Source: Chlamydiales bacterium (lineage in GTDB: Bacteria; Chlamydiota; Chlamydiia; Chlamydiales; JAAKFR01). Taken from it: DNA of 32,000 bases. The stretch is taken from contig JAWLBH010000001.1 in assembly GCA_041395025.1 (NCBI GenBank), forward strand, positions 1,200,001 to 1,232,000, in the 5' to 3' direction. The translations under genes were made by a program, and so were the position numbers. Positions 27,960-32,000 of this stretch are shown here, piece by piece (the stretch's first letter is position 1; each line of letters opens with the position of its first letter). The notes below the pieces were generated by a model. The model was not told where the DNA came from. It did not search any database and saw only the letters and a program-made list of their open reading frames with translations.

Positions 27960-28046
27960 ATTGATGAGTATTTTGAAACTGTTTTTCTAAGTTTTTAAAA
28001 TGTGTTGGGATAATTTCTCTAATTTAAAAATATTTGAATCAGCTAA

Positions 28047-31000
28047 CTATAGATATTTTCCAGTTAAAGAATAGGGGTTTTTTGCAATCATCTTAGGTGT
28101 ACCGATTGCAACAATTTGACCTCCATTGATTCCTCCACTGGGCCCAAGATCAATGAGATAATCACAGTTTTTGATGATCTCCATGTTATGCTCAATAATC
28201 ACTATTGTATTGCCTTCATCCACAAGATGATGAAAGATTGGAAGTAGTTTTCTGATATCGTCAAAGTGGAGACCAGCTGTCGGTTCATCAAAAAGATAAA
28301 GAGTATTTCCTTTTTTATTTTTTCCTAGTTCACGACTTAGTTTTATTCTTTGAGCTTCTCCTCCAGATAAGGAGGTGATTCTTTGCCCAAGCTGAATATA
28401 GTCAAGTCCAACTGAAATCAATATATCTAAGATATGGCAAATTTTAGGGAGAATCTCAAATTGGACACGTGCTTCTTTAACAGTCATATCAAGTAATTCT
28501 CCAAAGCTTTTCCCTTGATATTTTACTTTAAGACTCAGAGGGTTTAATCTCAGTCCTTGACATTCTCTACAGATCACTTTTACAGGCGGCAGAAAAAGCA
28601 TTTCAAGTTTTTTATAACCAATACCAGAACAAGCAGTACACATCCCTTTTCTATGGTTATAGCTGAAATGTGAGGGTGTCAGTCCTTGAACAAGAGCAGT
28701 AGAAAGAGAAGCATAAAAAGTACGTAATAGGGGGAAGAGATCTAGGTAAGTTCCAATATCTGAACGGATGGTATAACCAATTGGGTTTTGAGTAATTATC
28801 ACAAGCTTATTAAATACTTCATTTTTTGCAATTAAGGTCTCAGCAAATGGCTTGAGTATATCGTACATTAGAGTAGATTTTCCAGAACCAGAAGGGCCTG
28901 TTAATCCAGTCATGAGTCCAATTGGAATTTTAAATGATAAATTCTTGAGATTGTGCTTAGTTGCATTTTCGATGAATAATGAATCCATCACCTTTCGATT
29001 TTTTTTTCTCTGAGGGATACAGTTCTTCCCTGATAGATATGATCCTGTAAGAGAGGAGGGATTGTTTAAAATCTCTTCGTAGGTCCCTTTAGCAGTAATC
29101 TGACCTCCATCACTCCCACTCCCAGGTCCAAAATCAAGAATATAGTCTGCTGTTGAAATAACTTGTGGATCGTGTTCAACGATCAGTAAAGTATTCCCAA
29201 GTGTTTTTAATTTTAAAAGCATTTGATTCAGTAGATGATTATCGTGGGGATGGAGGCCAATTGTTGGTTCATCGAGAATATAAAGAACACCTGTTAAACT
29301 ACTGCCAAGTTGGCGTGCAAGGTGGATTCTTTGCACTTCTCCGTTACTTAATGTTGAGAGGCGACGGTTGAGATGCAAATAGTCTAATCCAATTTCAATC
29401 AGAAAACTCAAGCGAGTTTCTAGCTGCTTAACCACTTCTTGCATATTCTGATTAAAAGGCAGTTTTTTGATAAAATCCCGGATTTGAGTAATGGGAAGAT
29501 TACAAATAGAGGAAATGGATTGTTCTAAAATACGCACATTACGGGCAAGAGGATTGAGTCTAGTACCAAGACAGGAGAGACATTCAATTTCATCTAATAA
29601 AGAAATAAGAGAAGAACGAATATGATGATGACCATTTTTTGCGAGTTTTGTTAAAGTGGGTTGAATCCCACGCCAACGGAAAGAAAAATTTTGTTCAGTG
29701 GCAATCCAACTTTTTTCTGGTGTCCCATTTAAAATGAGCTGCAATTGTCTTTGGTTTAGGTCATGTAATGGGAGATCTAAATCAATACTTTCCTTTTGCA
29801 GGAATCTTTGAAGCCTCGATAGAGGAAAGGGACCCCAAAATACTCGGAGTAAATCACCAGTAGATAGACTCATAATTTTCGGGTGTCGAGTTAAATTCAC
29901 CCCATATTGATATCCTAAACCTTTACAATCAGGACACATCCCCTTGAGTCCGTTAAAAGAAAAGGTTTGCGGAGTAATCTCTGGGTAGGATTTTCCAGTA
30001 CTCTGGACAGCAAATGATAGATTAAATAAAATTTCTTTTTCTCCTCGTATCACAAGAATCTTATCTTTTGAAAGATCAACCGCGTTTTCAATCGCATGAA
30101 GCAGCCGGTGTTCAGCTTGTGGATGGATTGTGATTCTATCGATGACTAAGGCAATGTTTTGTTTTCTTCTTTTATCAAAAGGGATTGGGGAGTCGAGTTC
30201 GTATATTTTCTTTTCAAGATAAATTCTTACATATCCCTTTTTACTATAATAGTTTAAAAGATTTTCAAAATCTTCGTTTTTATCGATATTAATTGGGGCT
30301 AAAAGGGTGATTTTTTCTCCTTCGGGATATTTTAATATCTCCTTAACCACATCATTTTTGGTAATGGCTTTAATAATTTCCCCCGTGTCTGGACAATAGG
30401 GAACTCCCAAATGTGCAAATAAAAGACGTAGATAATCATAAATTTCGGTTTTTGTTCCTACTGTACTACGAGAAGTGCCGGGAGTAGCTTTTTGTTCAAT
30501 GGCAATGGCAGGTGAGAGTCCTTCAATTTGGGAAACTTTTGGTTTATCCATCTGCTTAATAAATTGACGTGCATAAGGAGAAAGAGATTCAATGTAGCGT
30601 CTTTGTCCTTCAGCATAGACTGTATCGAATACAAGAGAACTCTTGCCTGCTCCTGAAGGACCAGTGCAAATAGTCAGCTTATTTTGTGGAATCTCTACAT
30701 CTATTCCTTTTAGATTATTCTGTTTTGCTCCTTTTATGATTATTTGATTCGTCGCTCTGCAAGGAGTTAAATCTTGTTTTTTAACTGAGTATTTTTTTTG
30801 TGAGAGAATGTTTTTAAGTACCCTTCCTGTAGGCGTATCTATTTGAGCACATTGCTCAGGAGAACCTTCAGCGATTACCTTGCCTCCTTGATCGCCACCT
30901 TCAGGACCTAGTTCAATCATCCAATCAGCTGTTTTGACAACATCCATGTTATGCTCAATGACTAAAATAGTATGACCAGAAGCAATGAGCTCCTGGAATA

Positions 31001-32000
31001 CATTGAGTAAGGCTTTTATATCATGAAAATGTAGTCCAGTTGTGGGTTCATCTAAAATATAGAAAGTTTTGCCTTTTTTAGGTCGAGCTAACTCTTTGGC
31101 TAATTTGATCCGTTGTGCCTCACCACCTGAAAGAGTTGTAGAAGATTGTCCAAGTTTAATATAATCTAATCCAACGCGTGCGACCAGGTCGAGTTTGCTT
31201 TTGAGAACAGGGATGTCAGCAAATAATTTTTGTGCTTCGCCAACAGTCATTTCAAGGATATCGTGGATACTATTTCCTTTGTATTGAATTGATAAGGTAT
31301 CATGATCAAATCTTTTTGATTGACAACTCTCACACGTCACCCATTGATCTTCTAAAAAATCCATATTGATACACACCATGCCAATCCCTTGACATTCTAG
31401 ACAAGAGCCCTCAGAGACGTTGAAACTAAAACGTCCTGGAGCATAACCACGGGCAATGCTGTCAGGCAGTTGACTAAACAGCTTGCGAATTTCATCAAAA
31501 ATATTAATATAAGTTGCTGGATTTGAACGAGGTGTACGTCCAATAGGTGTTTGATCAATTGCGATTACTCTATCGATATTATTATATCCTGTGATGGTTT
31601 TTATGTTTCCTGCGGAATATTTGGTATCGTGTAGTCTATTTGCAAGAGCTGGAAAGAGAGTATCGGATATGAGAGAAGATTTACCAGAACCCGATACACC
31701 CGTGATTGCAATCATTAATTCAAGAGGGAAAGTCACAGTGATTTTTTTTAAGTTATTATGAGTTGCTTCGATGATTTGAATAGCTTTCTTACATGGATAT
31801 TTTCGCATCACTGGAATATCAATCTTGGCTTTCCCACTTAAGTATTTTCCTGTTAATGAATGAGAATTTTCTAATATCTCTTTTAAAGAGCCATTAAAGA
31901 GGATATTACCCCCTAGAATTCCTGGTCCTGGTCCAAAATCAATTAATCGATCTGCTGCTCGTATTGTTTCTTCATCATGCTCAACTACGATGACAGTGTT
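28047..32000 (-). CDS. uvrA: Excinuclease ABC subunit A, tandemly duplicated (UvrA-UvrA fusion), 5'-partial (continues beyond window)
   Basis: The reading frame stays open upstream of the ORF-track GTG at 31811 to the window edge: ...NTVIVVEHDEETIRAADRLIDFGPGPG...LTGKYLSGKAKIDIPVMRKYPC. The window holds the end of NBD-I and all of NBD-II of copy 1 (GVSGSGKSS, LSGGEAQRIKLAKEL, VIEHN). A complete second UvrA follows from about nt 30750 (GPSGAGKSSLVFDTVYAEGQRRYIESLSPYARQF ... GPSGSGKST ... LSGGEAQRIKLSREL ... LTGKYL-stop). No stop codon separates the copies. Confidence 0.95.
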   Translation of the reverse strand, partial: NTVIVVEHDEETIRAADRLIDFGPGPGILGGNILFNGSLKEILENSHSLTGKYLSGKAKIDIPVMRKYPCKKAIQIIEATHNNLKKITVTFPLELMIAITGVSGSGKSSLISDTLFPALANRLHDTKYSAGNIKTITGYNNIDRVIAIDQTPIGRTPRSNPATYINIFDEIRKLFSQLPDSIARGYAPGRFSFNVSEGSCLECQGIGMVCINMDFLEDQWVTCESCQSKRFDHDTLSIQYKGNSIHDILEMTVGEAQKLFADIPVLKSKLDLVARVGLDYIKLGQSSTTLSGGEAQRIKLAKELARPKKGKTFYILDEPTTGLHFHDIKALLNVFQELIASGHTILVIEHNMDVVKTADWMIELGPEGGDQGGKVIAEGSPEQCAQIDTPTGRVLKNILSQKKYSVKKQDLTPCRATNQIIIKGAKQNNLKGIDVEIPQNKLTICTGPSGAGKSSLVFDTVYAEGQRRYIESLSPYARQFIKQMDKPKVSQIEGLSPAIAIEQKATPGTSRSTVGTKTEIYDYLRLLFAHLGVPYCPDTGEIIKAITKNDVVKEILKYPEGEKITLLAPINIDKNEDFENLLNYYSKKGYVRIYLEKKIYELDSPIPFDKRRKQNIALVIDRITIHPQAEHRLLHAIENAVDLSKDKILVIRGEKEILFNLSFAVQSTGKSYPEITPQTFSFNGLKGMCPDCKGLGYQYGVNLTRHPKIMSLSTGDLLRVFWGPFPLSRLQRFLQKESIDLDLPLHDLNQRQLQLILNGTPEKSWIATEQNFSFRWRGIQPTLTKLAKNGHHHIRSSLISLLDEIECLSCLGTRLNPLARNVRILEQSISSICNLPITQIRDFIKKLPFNQNMQEVVKQLETRLSFLIEIGLDYLHLNRRLSTLSNGEVQRIHLARQLGSSLTGVLYILDEPTIGLHPHDNHLLNQMLLKLKTLGNTLLIVEHDPQVISTADYILDFGPGSGSDGGQITAKGTYEEILNNPSSLTGSYLSGKNCIPQRKKNRKVMDSLFIENATKHNLKNLSFKIPIGLMTGLTGPSGSGKSTLMYDILKPFAETLIAKNEVFNKLVIITQNPIGYTIRSDIGTYLDLFPLLRTFYASLSTALVQGLTPSHFSYNHRKGMCTACSGIGYKKLEMLFLPPVKVICRECQGLRLNPLSLKVKYQGKSFGELLDMTVKEARVQFEILPKICHILDILISVGLDYIQLGQRITSLSGGEAQRIKLSRELGKNKKGNTLYLFDEPTAGLHFDDIRKLLPIFHHLVDEGNTIVIIEHNMEIIKNCDYLIDLGPSGGINGGQIVAIGTPKMIAKNPYSLTGKYL

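Noticed and set aside
31809-31811. GTG at 31811 offered by the ORF track as the uvrA start
   Set aside because: The frame remains open to nt 32000 and encodes contiguous UvrA NBD sequence (VIVVEHDEETIRAADRLIDFGPGPG...LTGKYL). The GTG is therefore an internal Val codon.

Overview
This is an AT-rich (judged by eye, not computed) bacterial chromosomal segment. Its gene content and order look like the conserved core of a Chlamydiae genome, probably an environmental or amoeba-associated lineage. All identifications rest on motifs I recognise in the translations; no database search was possible. Left to right: rpoB (5'-truncated by the window edge) and rpoC; a convergent transaldolase; a ~3.4 kb lineage-specific patch of six small ORFs, five with N-terminal signal peptides; a seven-gene V-type ATPase operon (E, DUF2764-like, A, B, D, I, K) with an eighth lipoprotein-like ORF appended; a class-I DAHP synthase; a Na+:alanine (AGCS) symporter; valS; a PknD-type Ser/Thr kinase; and the 3' two-thirds of a tandemly fused double UvrA that runs off the right edge. 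From memory, the order rpoB-rpoC-tal-(small ORFs)-atpE..K-(x)-valS-pknD matches C. trachomatis CT315 to CT301. I saw no rRNA, tRNA, CRISPR array, transposase or integrase. The most unusual content is in the tal/V-ATPase gap (8.0-11.4 kb). It holds two adjacent paralogous small Cys/His-rich proteins with a signal peptide, a metallothionein/OmcA-like Cys cluster, a C-terminal TM anchor and an HxH tail; one of them carries a near-identical internal 138-bp tandem duplication. Secondary points: a conserved Na+-binding signature in the V-ATPase K subunit, an aromatic-rich upstream mini-ORF overlapping the DAHP synthase start, near-consensus sigma70-type promoters, and several intergenic palindromes.
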